DNA of 64,000 nt from the human T2T-CHM13v2.0 reference genome, Homo sapiens (GCF_009914755.1 NC_060931.1), one strand, 5' to 3'; shown: positions 26,954-43,705, numbered from the stretch's first letter. Translations and numbers: made by a program. Notes: generated by a model not told the origin, from the sequence alone.

Positions 26954-28436
26954 TATGGCTAAGTCAGATCCTAAGTCCAGGAATTCCCCAGTTCTCCATA
27001 CCTTCCCTGGAGCTGTATGTTTATAAGAATTTTCTCTTCAGTAGGAGCCCTTTTAAATTGCAGAAGTGCTTTCTTCTGACCACAGCCCTATCTTTGAGGG
27101 AATAGCTTTATTGAGTTATTGTTTGCATAGCATATTTAAGAGTACAGTTCAATAAATTTTAGCATATTTAGAGTTGTGCTACCATCACCACAATCTAATT
27201 TTATAACATTCACTGCATTTGGAAAGGAAACTTCATCTCATCTCATGAGTTTATTTTGAATGTGGATCTTCTTGGAAAAGTAACTGATTCCTCTTCTTTA
27301 CAGATAAAGACATCAGCGTTCGGAGAGATTGAGACTGCCTTTGTTCTTTATTCCACAGGGCCCAGAGTGCATCACCCAAGAAAGCTCTCTGACCATGCAT
27401 GGTCAAGTATAAAACAGTGTACGAATGTTAAACTAGTGTTAGATGATTTTTGTCTATGCTGTGGGGCTCACCTCTCCCATCTCTCCCAGTCTCATCCATA
27501 ACTGGGTCTGAACTCTTGCTTTTATTTATTATTTAAAATTTCAAACTATCTTGTCCTTGTCTAGCTAAAATTGCTAATGCCCTTTTTAAGCTTTCCTTAA
27601 AGGGATTTAATTGTTCAGCAGTAGAATCTTTTCTGCTGTACATGTGATTTCTCTTGGAGGAAGTGAATTCTTTCTTATAAGTGAGTGTCAAGGGGAAAGC
27701 ACAGAACATCAGGCTTAAAGCTTGAGTTGTGGCCCTATGATTTCAGTTCCATATACAGAAATCCATCCGCCCAACAAAGAACCTTCTAAACATTCTACAG
27801 ACTTGTCCAAAGTGACTCTACTGTGTAGCAGAGCAGAGAAACCAAGTTTGTGACCCATTTTCTGGCATCCTAAAGGATATCTAAGAACCTAGTGATGACA
27901 CCCCCAGTCCCTAGCTCCTACCCCCATGCCAAGCTGTCTCCCACTCATTGCCTCTGGATCATGGTGCAACTTGCCACTCCAAGAAGATCCACATGCAAAT
28001 AAGCTCATGAAATGGAACGAGGTTTCCTAGGGCCATGTCCTACTCACATTTGAATGACCATAGTTTTAGCAAGATCATCTTTTTAAGAATAGTTTGCTTC
28101 TTTCTAACACCGAAGTGAAATTGGTAGAAACAGAGAGAATCAGGATCAGAATTAAAGAGACGAGATAGCTCTGGAGGCCTTTGAGGACAGTCACTCCCAT
28201 GTGAAGTGAAAACAAACCAAGGGTAGCAGTGGCCCCTACCACTGGGGGCAGAGATGCTGGTTGCTAGAATGGCACCAGGGGTACAGAAAGTCACCTTCTG
28301 CTCCTGTGACTTGCTTATCCCATGCTGCATGGGTGTGAAAGGTTCTGATGCTACTCTTTGTATTTTTGGTAGAGAGACAATGAATCAGCATTTCAAGCTA
28401 CAGGCAAAATAAATAATATGTTTAGACATGTCTTAA

Positions 28437-28852
<416 letters not shown>

Positions 28853-28896
28853 CTCTGATTTTTAAATAACATGTTCTTGGAGAAAGTGGGGCCTGA

Positions 28897-29286
<390 letters not shown>

Positions 29287-29564
29287 TTCTTTTTTATTTT
29301 TACATATCCTTAAGGACTAGGAAACATTTGGGTCACACTGGTGCTTACATTCAAACCTATAAACAGGAATTAATGTATTTCTTTGCCATTTATTTTATAA
29401 ATTTTATTACTCTGTGTGTGTATTTTAAAGAAGAATTTCTGGTGAGTTTTCTATTCTTATTTGTATCTATTACTTACCTCAATGGCTTGTTCCAACATGA
29501 TTGTTGTGTGTAAAAGTAATTTGTGAATAGAGCATCGCTGATTAGTGTTGTCACAATTGAGCGA

Positions 29565-29740
29565 GTGTGTCCCAGAGCTTTGCTTTTCACACTCGCACAC
29601 TCATATGGATCATCTGAAAATCTTGTGAAAATGTAGATTCCATTCAGTGGGTCTGGGGTGGGACCTGGGATTCTGCATTTCTAACAAACTCCAGAGAGAT
29701 GTGGATGCTGCATCTGTGAGCTGTGCTTTAAGTAGCAAGT
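29565..29740. mobile_element. MER5A DNA transposon remnant
   Basis: TTCAGTGGGTCTGGGGTGGGACCTGGGATTCTGCATTTCTAACAA. Confidence 0.8.
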
Positions 29741-30974
29741 TCTTATAGGGTCTACAGTGTGATGAACCAGACAGGGCCAAGCAATGCAGGTTTCCCCAGA
29801 GATGAGCACTTCCTGCCCCTCAGTCTGTAGGGATTAGGACACAGTGCCTATCACAGTTGGCTTGTGGGAATATATTCTGGGAGCAGAGGCCTGCTTGGAG
29901 AACAAATGTCCTCTTTGCTACGTTTTTCCAGCATTTAAATTGATCCAGTATGGGACTGTACAGATAGCAAGAAATGCAGATGAACTTGGGCAGTGTTAAA
30001 ACCTGGATATCCTCCATGAAGCAGATTGGGTCTGGCCCATGCTGGTGGCAGTTTACCTCCTCCCGCTGTTCCCTCTTCCCTGGCCACTGAGGGTTTATAA
30101 ACTTGTGAAGGCGTGGAGACTCTCAGGAAGTTGCTGCCACATTTCTCTCTCTTACAGACGCTAAGATTCCCTTTCAGTAATTGAAAGTGGTCTGAAGGCT
30201 CTGGAAAGACAGAAATGAAGGACCTTCTTTAAAAACAAACGTTTACAGCACCTTCTCGAAGATTCAAATTTCGTGGATTATATGTGGTTATTCTAGTGTG
30301 ACATGCGAAGGGTGGATAGGTACCTGTTTTTAAAAGGTATTTTTGTTTTGACATTTCGTATTTCCATTATTTCAAATTGCATCAGACTGAAGTCCTAGCA
30401 AAAGTATACATTACTTTTATCTTTCCATTCATGGGAAAATGAAAGAAAATGTTTCAGAGACTTTTCTAAAAAGATTTGATCTCCTCAGTGTTAATATCCT
30501 TAGCTACCCAATTCAGAAAATTACAGATTTCCTTATAATTGGTTTACTTGATTATTTAGGATGTTTTCTGTCATCCTGGGGGATGTAGAATGTGTGTCTG
30601 ATACAGTGATTGTTAGTTTTAAACAAATAAGAACATGCTATATGTGACACATGCACACCTCGTGAGCTGAACTGGTACTTTAACTACCACATGGCACATT
30701 TATTCCCAAAGCTATTGGGTCAGATACCATTTTCTGGAAATAACCGAGTCATAAATGATGGCGTCTTATTGGTCTCTACAACATGACCCTAGGACACTTT
30801 GACTGCTGTGAAACTGGCACTTAAAATAGAGTGAAATATAATTGAAAATTGCACATTGAAGATTTCTTATTCATTCCTTATTATTAGCTGCAGAAATCAT
30901 GTGTTTATAGACCTTTTTCAGTTGGATATCTTTTGCTATTTTAAAATGATTGAATACGTTAGTCAGTTTGACTA

Positions 30975-31004
30975 TTTCTGCCAAGGCAAAAAGAAGAGTT
31001 AATT

Positions 31005-31044
<40 letters not shown>

Positions 31045-31093
31045 CTCTCTCTCTCTCTCTCTTTTTCTGCCAAGGCAAAAAGAAGAGGTAATT

Positions 31094-31172
<79 letters not shown>
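30975..31172. repeat. Tandem duplication of a unit made of a unique ~34-mer + (CA)n + (CT)n
   Basis: TTTCTGCCAAGGCAAAAAGAAGAG(T/G)TAATTAAAA at 30975 and 31064, each followed by CA then CT repeats. Confidence 0.95.
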
Positions 31173-31174
<2 letters not shown>

Positions 31175-31242
31175 ACTACTGGTGATATCATCTCTGTGTA
31201 GCCAAGCAGACCACTACAGATCATTGCTTTTCTTAGAAATTA

Positions 31243-31772
<530 letters not shown>

Positions 31773-33085
31773 TCATCCAGGTGCTAGGTGATCTGACTCT
31801 ATGTCATCCTTGCACCAGTGGAAGATTGGGTTATGCTTTTCCCCTAGCAAACTCTCATGCAGCCTCCTGGGGCACCAGTGCATTCATCGTCCGAATGCCT
31901 GGCTGGGGACAAGACCAGAGGGCCTGAAGGAAAGCTGGTTCCAGGAGGAACCCAGGCTCATTCTTGGCCTCATGCATGTGAGTCCTTAAACACCAGTTTG
32001 CACATATTCAGTGCTACACTAAACTCTACCTCTGCCTAAGTTGAATGGTTGTCTACTTTGATGAAAAAAAATGTGTTTAATAGAGGACTTCCTCATGTAG
32101 GAAAGCAGAAATGGTAATTTACAGAGGATAAGAAAAAGTACACGTTAATCCAAGAAATACAAACTCAGGTGGATGAACTGCAGAGGCCAGGAGTCAGGGG
32201 GAAATAAGAATTAGCCCCAATTGGTCTGTTTTATAAGCACAGAGAACAACATGCATGTAATATTGTGTCAAATACTTCTAAAAAATGAAAGCTTCGGCCT
32301 CTGTTTCATGAATTTCTCCGTTAAATTATTCAGTCTGATTTATGAGCTACTGTTTAATGTATTTTAGATTGGGGAAATCAAATAGGAGTGGGGTGGATGT
32401 AATTGTATTTATTACAAATGTGAGTTGCTTGTTCATTGAGATTATTATAAAGTTGGCCAGAGAATGGATTGACTTTTCAGGTCCTAGACACACCTGCCCA
32501 GGAAGTAACGTCACTAATAGTAATAGTACCTGGAGGTAGCATGAGCTTATTGATTTAGTTTTACTTCTGCCTGAGGCCAAAATGTCCTGCAGTAGTAATG
32601 ATTCAAATGTACCTCATGGAAATCAAGTGAGGTAATGCAAAGAACATGAAATCCACATACTTGCTGCTGTTGACAGAAAACTGTTCCATGCCAGGCAGGA
32701 TCTAGCCAACAGGCTGTTGTAGATTGCTGATAATTAGCTTCCCTGAAAGTCGAGGGGGTGAGCACCTGCAGACATGTCACTGGGTTAATAATTTCTGTTT
32801 TTGTTTTTATAACTTCCCTTGAAGCAAAGTTCTTTCCTGTGTCCGGGTCTTCCCAGAATTGGCTGAGAGAACCGACAAGCAACTGGCTTGCTATCCAAAG
32901 TGCTAAAGAATCTTTTGCGATGCTGTGTGGCAACAATGTTGCAATCATTAATAGAACTGATCTAAAAGGAAGAAAGAGAGAAAGACAAGAGGCCGCAAAG
33001 CAGCGAGAAAGGTTGCTGGAGGTACTGTTCCAGAATGGGTTGTAGAACTCCCAGCTGGTGGACCCTTCACTTACTTCCTGTGTAG

Positions 33086-33418
<333 letters not shown>

Positions 33419-33599
33419 CCTTTCTTATACGTTATTAATATTAATACAAATGTGTCACCAATTTCACTATCATCATGCACCAAATAAGTCACTTCCTAGA
33501 TTAAAATACTAAGTCTCAGAAGGCTTAAATAAGGGCATCTACCCACACGATCCTGAAGTTCTGTGGGAGGTTGTATTTATCTTTCACAATTATTGAATT

Positions 33600-33900
33600 C
33601 CTTGCTCTATAGCGAGAAGATCTGGCCACATGACTTTCCCTGGCCAATGATATGTAGGAGAAAGCGAGTGTTAGGAGCCACTTGTGGCTGTGTCTCTCTT
33701 TTTCTGCTGTTAGATCAGCATGTATTTTAGGTAGAGGCTGTGCTGTCAGCCTGGATCCCAGAGGGAAGAAGACACAGAGCAGGGTACCCTTGGTGGATGC
33801 TCGGCAAGAGCCGGGAGCAAGCCTCTCCTCCTCAGGCCTCTAGGGTTCTGGAATTGATTGTTATCACAGCATAACTCAGCCCAGCCTGACTGATAACAGA
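33600..33900 (+). mobile_element. Old MLT1-type MaLR LTR remnant
   Basis: GGCCACATGACTT...GGCCAATG, CAGCCTGGATCCC, TTGTTATCACAGCATAAC...CCTGACTGATAACA. Confidence 0.6.
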
Positions 33901-34779
33901 CATCTTAAGTATTAGGATCTTCAGTTTATATTTATTTAAAATGATGTTATCTTGTCACATTGTTCCAAAAACTATTAAATGCTGCTTACAAAATACATCC
34001 AATTCAGTGGAATTAAAATGAATAAAGCACATAACTCATAACATTTTTGAGTAAAAGAAAATGAGGGTAGAGAAATCAATCAAGGCCAAGGCTGACACCG
34101 TTTGATCCAGTAAAGTGTGTGACGTGTCTGCCCAAGGCCAGCCACAGTGCCACTGTAAAGAGGGAACACATTGTTCACAGCCTAAATATACCTGACTGTT
34201 TTCATCTCCAGCAAGCTCTGCACACAGTGAGTAATAGCAGAGTGAGAATTAAAGTGTGCTACTTTATCAGTAGCTGAACAGGTACATAATGGCCCTTTAA
34301 ATAAAATGCTGGATTAGGACACATCACTTAGGTCTCCAGACTTAGTAGAGTGTCTTACCTTCCGCTGTTTCTTCTCAACCCCCAAGTCTAAATTTTGATT
34401 CAAGCAAACTTGAAAGTATCTGCAAGGCGAGAAAGTTAGCTGGGTCTGAGGAGCAGGCTCTGGCCAAGCTGACACACCCAGCTGTGCATTTTGGAGAGTG
34501 CTGCAAAGCAAAGTCTCACCAGGGCCTGCCTCTCTGCTTACTGCATGGGAACAGGAAGCCTATCAGAGCCGACGGCTTTGCACGTCAGGCCCAGCAACCC
34601 AAGGGCACTATTGATCTGGTTCAACCGATACGGTCCTGAGTGGGAGTCTAGAGGTAAGGACACGGTGTGTAGAGTCAGTGATGATGACTCGATGGCAAGG
34701 TAGAAACACTTCCCACGCTCATACAAACTGTAAACCCAAGTGGGTGTACTTTTCTTTGTTTAAAATAAAAAGAATAATT

Positions 34780-35065
<286 letters not shown>

Positions 35066-36040
35066 CAAGATGAAGCAAAATGATAATCTCAGCCACCTGT
35101 CACCAGCTTAACTGCATTTCTCCAGGTCTGAGAAACAAATTCTATACATATTTTTATGTCTCTGATATCATTGTATATCTTATAAATAATGGTATGCCAT
35201 ATTTTAATTGGGAGTAATTTTTCTTTATAAAGTGGTCCATAAAACAGTGTTACATATTACAATCAATAATCTCTTAGATTTGATGAAATGTGGTAAAAGA
35301 ACATTTACCATGGCAAAAATACCACCTTGCATCAGGAGAGAAAGGGTTCTATCCTGAATAGCCCACGCTGGGTTTAAGGAGAGGCCTTAGCGAGCCCCCA
35401 GCACTCTGACGTGTCTGACATCCAGTCTTTGGACAACAATCAAAAAAGGGACATCCAAAGCTGGCCCATTTCAGAAAAGGCAACGCAGACACCTGCAGTC
35501 CCTGACATCAGTGATTCCAAATGGGTTGGGACTCTTTTATCATTTTTAATAAACCCAAAGTTTGCAGCTCAAAATGGCCAGAGCCACGTAGTGAGTGATT
35601 TGCAGAAGCAAATGCAATGCTTGGACCTTCAATCCCCAGAAAGCAAGGATGGAATGGTGAAACCAGCTGCCGCCAAACAGCCAGGCAGTGGGCGTCCTAG
35701 CGGGAAAGAGGAATAGAAGGATTTGAGATTAAGCAGGCACTGAACACCTAGGAGACCATCCTTAGAATCCCAGTCTCTTTATGTTGAAAATTATTGCCTG
35801 TTAGAAAGACCTGTTTCCTAAGGCAAAGGGCAAGGTGAACATAACATCCATGGCATTAAGATGCCTAATGCCAGGTTTATTATGGTATGTGTATGTGCAC
35901 GTATTTTCTATCCTGCATGCTAAGTATTTGAAGTGGAACTTGCAGACAACCATGTGGAGTGATGGATTAAATTTCCCCTTTCTTAGGAAGTTCAGAAGTC
36001 CAAGGAGGCAGTGTTCATGAATAGAAGGTTCCTTCATCTT

Positions 36041-36359
<319 letters not shown>

Positions 36360-36680
36360 TTAGCGGGGAGGATCTGAAGGAGTCACCCTGGTTACATCTT
36401 TGTATCTCACCCTCACAATGCTCATTTAGTCATCGGTGGATCCCTTTAAATATCAAGTATGGGATACAAAAGGATAATACTAGAAAATAAATACTAACTC
36501 AGCCATGCTATGGTTTAAATATCACCAGGCACACAAGACTCAAGAACTGCTTTTCAAATCCATGAACATACGTGTCTACAGTCATTTTCTAGCTGGGTAA
36601 CCCTGAGCTGGTTATGCAGTCTCTCTGTTAGTTTCCTTATATGTGTAACATAAAATAACAGTAATGTGTATTATTGAGGA

Positions 36681-36968
36681 TTTTTTTTTTTTTTTCGAGA
36701 CGGAGTCTTGCTCTGTCACCAGGCTGGAGTGCAGTGGCGCGATCCCTGTGATCTCCGCCTCCTGAGTTCAAGCGATTCTCCTGCCTCAGCCTCCCGAGTA
36801 GCTGGGATTATAGGCACATGTCACCACGCTCAACTAATTTTTTGTATTTTAGTAGAGACGAGGTTTCACCATTTTGGCCAGGATGGTCTCGATCTCCTGA
36901 CCTTGTGATCTGCCTGCCTCAGCCTCCCCAAAGTGCTGGGATTACAGGCGTGAGCCACTGTGCCCGGC
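36681..36968 (-). mobile_element. AluSc-type SINE
   Basis: Antisense Alu flanked by ATTGAGG. Confidence 0.92.
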
Positions 36969-37745
36969 CTCATTGAGGGTTTTGAGGAGGTTTAAATGAA
37001 TTGATATTGGTGTTTGATGATGATGACAATGATGATGAAAGTTGTTATTAAACCATCGCTCCCTCCCTGTGGCCAGCCTTCCCACCTTCTGGGAGATCTT
37101 ATTCAATCTTTTAACTCTCCCCTTTTCTAGAGCTTTCCTTCTGCTTTCTGGATCACAGCACTGGGAATGTGGATCTGCTTTTAGATCAGTGCTTTGAGAA
37201 GTAGGAGAACAACTGTGGTCGTGGCGGTTGGTCTTTGATGCCAGTAAGCAACAGACCATCTGCCTTGTTGTTGATCTGAGTCATTGATGGCCAGATTGAA
37301 AGAGCAGAGGGTTCCTGAGTCCCAGGTGTTGCAGGACGTTGTGTGTGCCCACAAGCCAGGCTACATGGCTTAGAGCAGCAGCCCAAGTGCTCCGTTGGTT
37401 CAGGGGGTAGCAGGGGTCCATGGAGAAGTCAGAGTCCTGACTGCCAGTGTTTGGAGGCATGGTTTCTGTAAGCTTGTTGCGCAGCAGTCAAGAAAGATCT
37501 GGACTCGAGGACATTGGTGTCAGTGTCACCTACCTAGCTACACCTGGTCTGGTTGTTGACATTGTACTTCAGGGCTGTGGGTCTTCCAGGGCCAGGTCAG
37601 AAGCCTGCTGATCGACCCAAAGTGTGGATGATGGAAGCTGTGGAGCAGGGCTGAGGGTGAGGAGAGAAGGAGCCCATTAACCACAAGCTCAGAGTATACT
37701 CTGATTCCCTAAGAAGGCTGGTCCAGGACCTTCTGAGTCAAGTCT

Positions 37746-38323
37746 GAGGTTCTGATGAAGGGAGACCATCCGCATAGTAGAAGGTCCCCAAGATTCTGAT
37801 GAAGGGAGACTATCTGCATGGTGGAAGGTCCCCAAGGTTCTGATGAAGGGAGATCATCCCGCATGGTGGAGGGTCCCCGAGGTTCTGATGAAGAGAGATC
37901 ATCCTGCATGGTTGAGGGTCCCTGCAATTCTGATGAAGGGAGATCATCCCGCATCGTGGAGGGTCCCTGAGGTTCTGATGAGGGGAGATCATCCTGCATG
38001 GTGGAAGGTCCCCGAGGTTCTGATGAAGGGATATCCTGCATGATCGAGGGTCCCTGTGGTTCTGATGAGGGGAGATCATCCTGCATGGTGGAGGGTCCCC
38101 GAGGTTCTGATGAGGGGAGACCACTCCATATGGTGGAGGGTCTCTGCAGTTCTGATAAAGGGAGATCATCCTGCATGGTAGAAGGTCCCTGAGGTTCTGA
38201 TAAAGGGAGATCATCCCACATGGTGGAGGGTCCCTGAGGTTCTGATGAAGGGAGATCATCCCACATGGTAGAGGGTCCCCAAGGTTTGGATGAACGGAGA
38301 TCATCCCACATGGTGGAAGGTCC
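37746..38323. repeat. 45-bp minisatellite (VNTR-like), 13 copies
   Basis: Consensus GAGGTTCTGATGAAGGGAGATCATCCTGCATGGTGGAGGGTCCCT; unit spacings 44,44,45,45,45,45,42,45,45,45,45,45. Confidence 0.97.
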
Positions 38324-39595
38324 AGCCTGGCAGTGTGACCCAAAGTGGCTTCCCTAATCTTTCTGAGCCTCTGTTTCTACAAACTCTAAAGTGCCCACTC
38401 ACCAGGGGTAACTGTTGATTTTTACTTTGGCTCCACAATGTGAGTGTCTGGTATATTTCCAGTTACATCGTAGGAACTCCTGTGATGGCATGAGGAGGGT
38501 GAGGGTGATGGCATCCCTTGATGATTCCTGCTGACCACAGCAGGTACCTGCAGTCCCTGTAGTTCCTCAGGGACACTCCTCACACCCGTTAGGGAACAGT
38601 TCACCACAGCATCCTTCCACGTCCTCTCTCCAGGTGAACTCAGAGATCTGTTCATTCAACAAGAATTGATGGGGCACCTGAGTCATTCTTCTAAGGTAGT
38701 TGACATTCCCAGTCCTGATTCATGGTTATTCCATCCTTATCTCATCTGTTACCTGTCACCGATCATGTACACCTTTCTATCTTTGAGTCTGTTTTGCACA
38801 TATATACAAGTAAATCACATCGAAGTTTAAATTGTCTCATTAATTTGTGAAATGTGATTACAAAATTCTTGAAATCACATTTCTATCCTATTAGGAAAGC
38901 AAAAAGGAGAAAACAATTTTGAAGCCTAACTCCTAAGAGAATTGCTGTATTACAAGGAGACAGGGATGCTGTGAATTCGTTACAGGAAAGAGGATGTCAG
39001 CCCTCATGCCTTTGTCTCCCAAGGGCCTGGACTTTCCTCCACTTGATTTGTAGAGAGTGCTTTTGGAAGATGGGTGTGTTTTATTTAGATGGTACAGGTG
39101 TCAGAAGGTAAGAGGTGTGATGGAAGTTGATAGGTGACTGTTACTTGAAGGAAGGGGGAATGAAGTCTAAAAGGTTAGCTACACATTTTATCTCCCTGAT
39201 CTCCCTATGATGCAAAGAACCCAAGAATGTGTCTTTGTAACAAAAACTGGTTGTTACATGGACAGTGATCAGAGAAATCACTTGCCGATTAGAATTTCTC
39301 CCTATGTAGCATTCCATGAAATAAACAGACAGCTGCTCCTGGTTCCCCCAGAAAAATACAGATTTGTAAAAAAAGAAAAAAAAAATACTACTTGTTACCA
39401 AAATGTTTTCTGAGTATATTCTTTTATCTTACAGAAAACATCTACGTATTTTAAATTATTGTTGTGGAAAATGTATACACACACCTACACATTCATTGTA
39501 AGAAATTCCAAAGTAAAAGTTTACCTGAAATTCTGTCATGCTGATATTTATTTTTTAAGTTAAATTTTTTTTTTTTTTTACTGAAAGTAATAATT

Positions 39596-39900
39596 GGCTG
39601 GGCATGGTGACTTATGCCTGTAATCACTTTGGAAGACGAAGGCAGGAGGATTGCTTGAGGCCAGGAGTTTGAGACCAATCTGGGCAACAGAGTTAGACCG
39701 TGTCTCTAAAAAATATTGACAAGTTGGCTGGGCGTGGTGCTGTACTCCTGTAGCTCTAACTACTCAGAAGGCTGAGGTGGGAGGATCACTTGAGTGCCGG
39801 AGTTCGAGTCTGCAGTGAGCTGTGGTCGTGCCACTGCACTCTAGCCTGGGCGACAGAGCAAGACCCATTCTCTAAAATCAATGAGTAAATAAATCATAAA
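39596..39900 (+). mobile_element. AluJ-type SINE within antisense L1 debris
   Basis: Diverged sense Alu followed by L1-like GGGGTACAATGTGATG. Confidence 0.88.
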
Positions 39901-40286
39901 AATAAAAATAATTGTAGATATCTGTGGGGTACAATGTGATGTTGTGATACATGTATACTTTGTAAAATGTGATATATCAGCTTTAATATTTTGGTGGACA
40001 CCCTTTAATTCATCTCTGTTACAATATACATATACTGTATGGAATTGTGTGTGTCATAAATGAAACCATGGCTTCTACTTCAGTGATATCCATTGTAACA
40101 TCTACTGGGAAGGTTGGATGCCCAGAAGATATGGCCAACTAAATTACTCAGTGTATGAACAAGAAGCACATCATGTCATCTTAAAAGTGATTGTGTTCTT
40201 ATACATTTTTATTGTGGATGAGTTAGAAAATATGGAGAAGATAGAAAAGGTGCTAAGAGTATAATCCAACCACCCTAGGAAGACTT

Positions 40287-41323
<1,037 letters not shown>

Positions 41324-41639
41324 GACTTACATTGATTTTGTGCTGTATTTTTTTCCTAGGCCTTTAACTTATATATTTCAAAACCTAATTAGAAGGGTAT
41401 AGTTGAGAGACAGGATAGCCAAGTGGACAAGAGTCCATGCCGAGGGAGCAACTCGTGTGGAGACCCTGGACGGGAAGTCTCCCCGCACGTCGATTCAGAG
41501 AAAGGTAACGGAATAAACATGGGAGATCTTGGTGGGAGAGGTCAGAGAGAGCGCGGAGGGCCAGACCCTGGCACCTTACAGCATCCTACATACTTGGGCT
41601 TTACCTCCAGAGAGATGACGTGACTGGAAGGTTTGAGTC

Positions 41640-42140
41640 GAGGAGTGAGGTGGCCTGACCAAGGTTTGATGGGACTGCCCTGTCTGCTGTGTTGGGAAGA
41701 GACCACAGGTGACCAAGGGCTGAAGCAGGGACACCCTTCAGGAGGCTGTTTCTCTAATTCAGCCAACAAGTGGCTGATGTTCCTGCACACTAGGGAGGTG
41801 GTGATCAGATATGAAAAAACAGCATTCCAGGTCAGATAAGATGTGGGGAATGAGACATGAGGATGGGCCAAGGATGAGACCAAGATCTGGGCCTGAGCAA
41901 CTGGAAGAATGCAGTTGCTTCGTGTTGTGATTGGGAAAGCTGTGGGAGAAGCGGTTTGGGGTTGAAGTTTTCTGTTTTGCAGATGTTGGGTTTGATGTCC
42001 TGGGAAGTTGAATAAATGAGTTTAAGAGCAGGCTAGAAGTTGGGCTATCTTCTTAGGAGTCATCAGCAACTAGATGATGTTTACAGCCTTAAGATGGATG
42101 AGCTGAGAAAGGGAGTGAATACAGATAGAGGAGAGAGGAG
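41640..42140 (-). mobile_element. L2 LINE remnant
   Basis: GGCCTGAGCAACTGGAAGAATG, GGAGTCATCAGCA, GGGAGTGAATACAGATAGAG. Confidence 0.7.
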
Positions 42141-42996
42141 CCCTGGGGAAAGTACAGACTTGTCAAGCTATTGATAGCGTATTTGCAAATGGCTTTGAAG
42201 AAAGACCCAGGGCTCTTTCCCACCAGCAGTGGGTGGGAATGAGTGCCGTACTGCACACTTGTCTGTTCTCTGTATTACTAATTTTTTAATCATGACCACC
42301 TTGAAAGAACAGCTTTTCTTGCTAAATTACTGTTTGAATTGTAATTTATTTGATTGTCAGACAGGGTGAATTTTCATAAAGGTATTAGTCATTTGCATTA
42401 CTTGAAGTGAATTATGTTCATTTTCCATAATTCTAAGTCAAAGAGATTATGTTTTATTCTGACATCGTGGAAGCCACTGAACATTTTTAAAGAGCACAGC
42501 ATGATGCAGATGGCTATTTGGGAATATTAATGGGAAAGTTCCTATCCTTGCATCCTCTTTTATTCATTCATCAGTGAGTCTGACTCCAGAGCTTCAATTT
42601 TCTGAAAAGTTTGGAAAAACTAGCTTTGGATAATTATTAGTCACGTGCAAATGAGTTAACTGGGTATTAATGGAATGAAACCACTGCCATTTCTTGCTGG
42701 CTACAGTGTGAAGCAACCACTTAGGGTCATCCGTCAGCCTTGAATCAAGACACAGAGTACAGAAGACAGATTTCCATCCTCTTCTTTGCCTTTCTTCTTA
42801 AAGCTAATTATCAGCTCAATCCTTTATTTCACCCCTTCCTACAACAAAATGGGATGCACTAGCATTATTCATATCCAGCCTTCTCTCAGTGTGTAGTCAG
42901 GGTAGTCACTGGTGGGTCATTGTCTTCATGGAAGATGGTGTGACTTCCATACTTAGAAACCAGCATCCTCTGATGTTCTCAGCAGGATATGGCTCC

Positions 42997-43202
42997 TATT
43001 GTATTGTATTGTATTGTATTATATTTTTCAATTGACAAAATTGTGTGTATTTTTCATGTACAACATGATGTTTTGAAATATACATACACTGTGTAATGGC
43101 TCCATCTGGCTAATTAACATACTGCACACCATGGCAACTACAGTTAATAACAATGTTTTGTATTTTGAAAATCTCTGAGAGAGTAGACTTTGTGTTCTTA
43201 CC
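42997..43202 (-). mobile_element. Short L1MA-type insertion with (ATTGT)n tail and inverted 5' segment
   Basis: 3' terminal L1 piece on minus (~43005-43120) joined to a more 5' piece on plus (~43121-43202). Confidence 0.7.
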
Positions 43203-43534
43203 GAAAGACTTTTTAAAGGCATAAAACATGAGTGGTTCACCTGCTGGCTCTCACTAAATCCTCTCATGCAATTGGCTCAAAAATCATGGAATAGACAGTT
43301 CAGGGAGGCAGAGTTTGGCTTTTGGAATTGCTTTCAGGACCTGGGATATGTTGTAAGGACATGGTCTCTTGAATATCTGGAATCTGCAAAAAATGAGTAG
43401 TGGCAACTGGAGGGACTGGGTTTGGGGAAACATCTCTTGAGCTTGGCTCTCAACTAAGCCAACAGTGCCAACTCTGCTTCATAGGCGCAGCTTGTTTTAG
43501 AACAATGTGACTAATTTTTTTACACAGTTCTGAA

Positions 43535-43705
43535 AGCAATTCTCTAAAAGGAATTCCAAAAATATTTTGAACAGCAGCATTATTAAGATTAGCTGTGTTC
43601 CATCCCAAGGTGACTCCTGTATAGGAAATGACGCTCACTGGGATGTATCTGTCTTTCTTGGCCTTTCAGAAGCAGTCTCGGGAGATTATGGTCACACTTG
43701 TGTAC
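43535..43705 (+). mobile_element. MARNA-like mariner remnant
   Basis: TTCCAAAAATATTTTGAACA...TCCCAAGGTGACT...GGATGTAT...GTCACAC. Confidence 0.55.

Noticed and set aside
37974-38020. Hammerhead-ribozyme-like motif in the VNTR (CTGATGA-GGGGA…TCCCC-GAGG)
   Set aside because: It has CUGAUGA and a stem-II-like pairing, but GAGG replaces the essential GAAA, and I see no stems I/III or NUH site. An Infernal search with hammerhead models would settle it.
37746-38323. CRISPR array or C/D snoRNA cluster interpretation of the VNTR
   Set aside because: No unique spacers and a eukaryotic context; TGATGA and CTGA overlap within a unit rather than bracketing a snoRNA-sized body.
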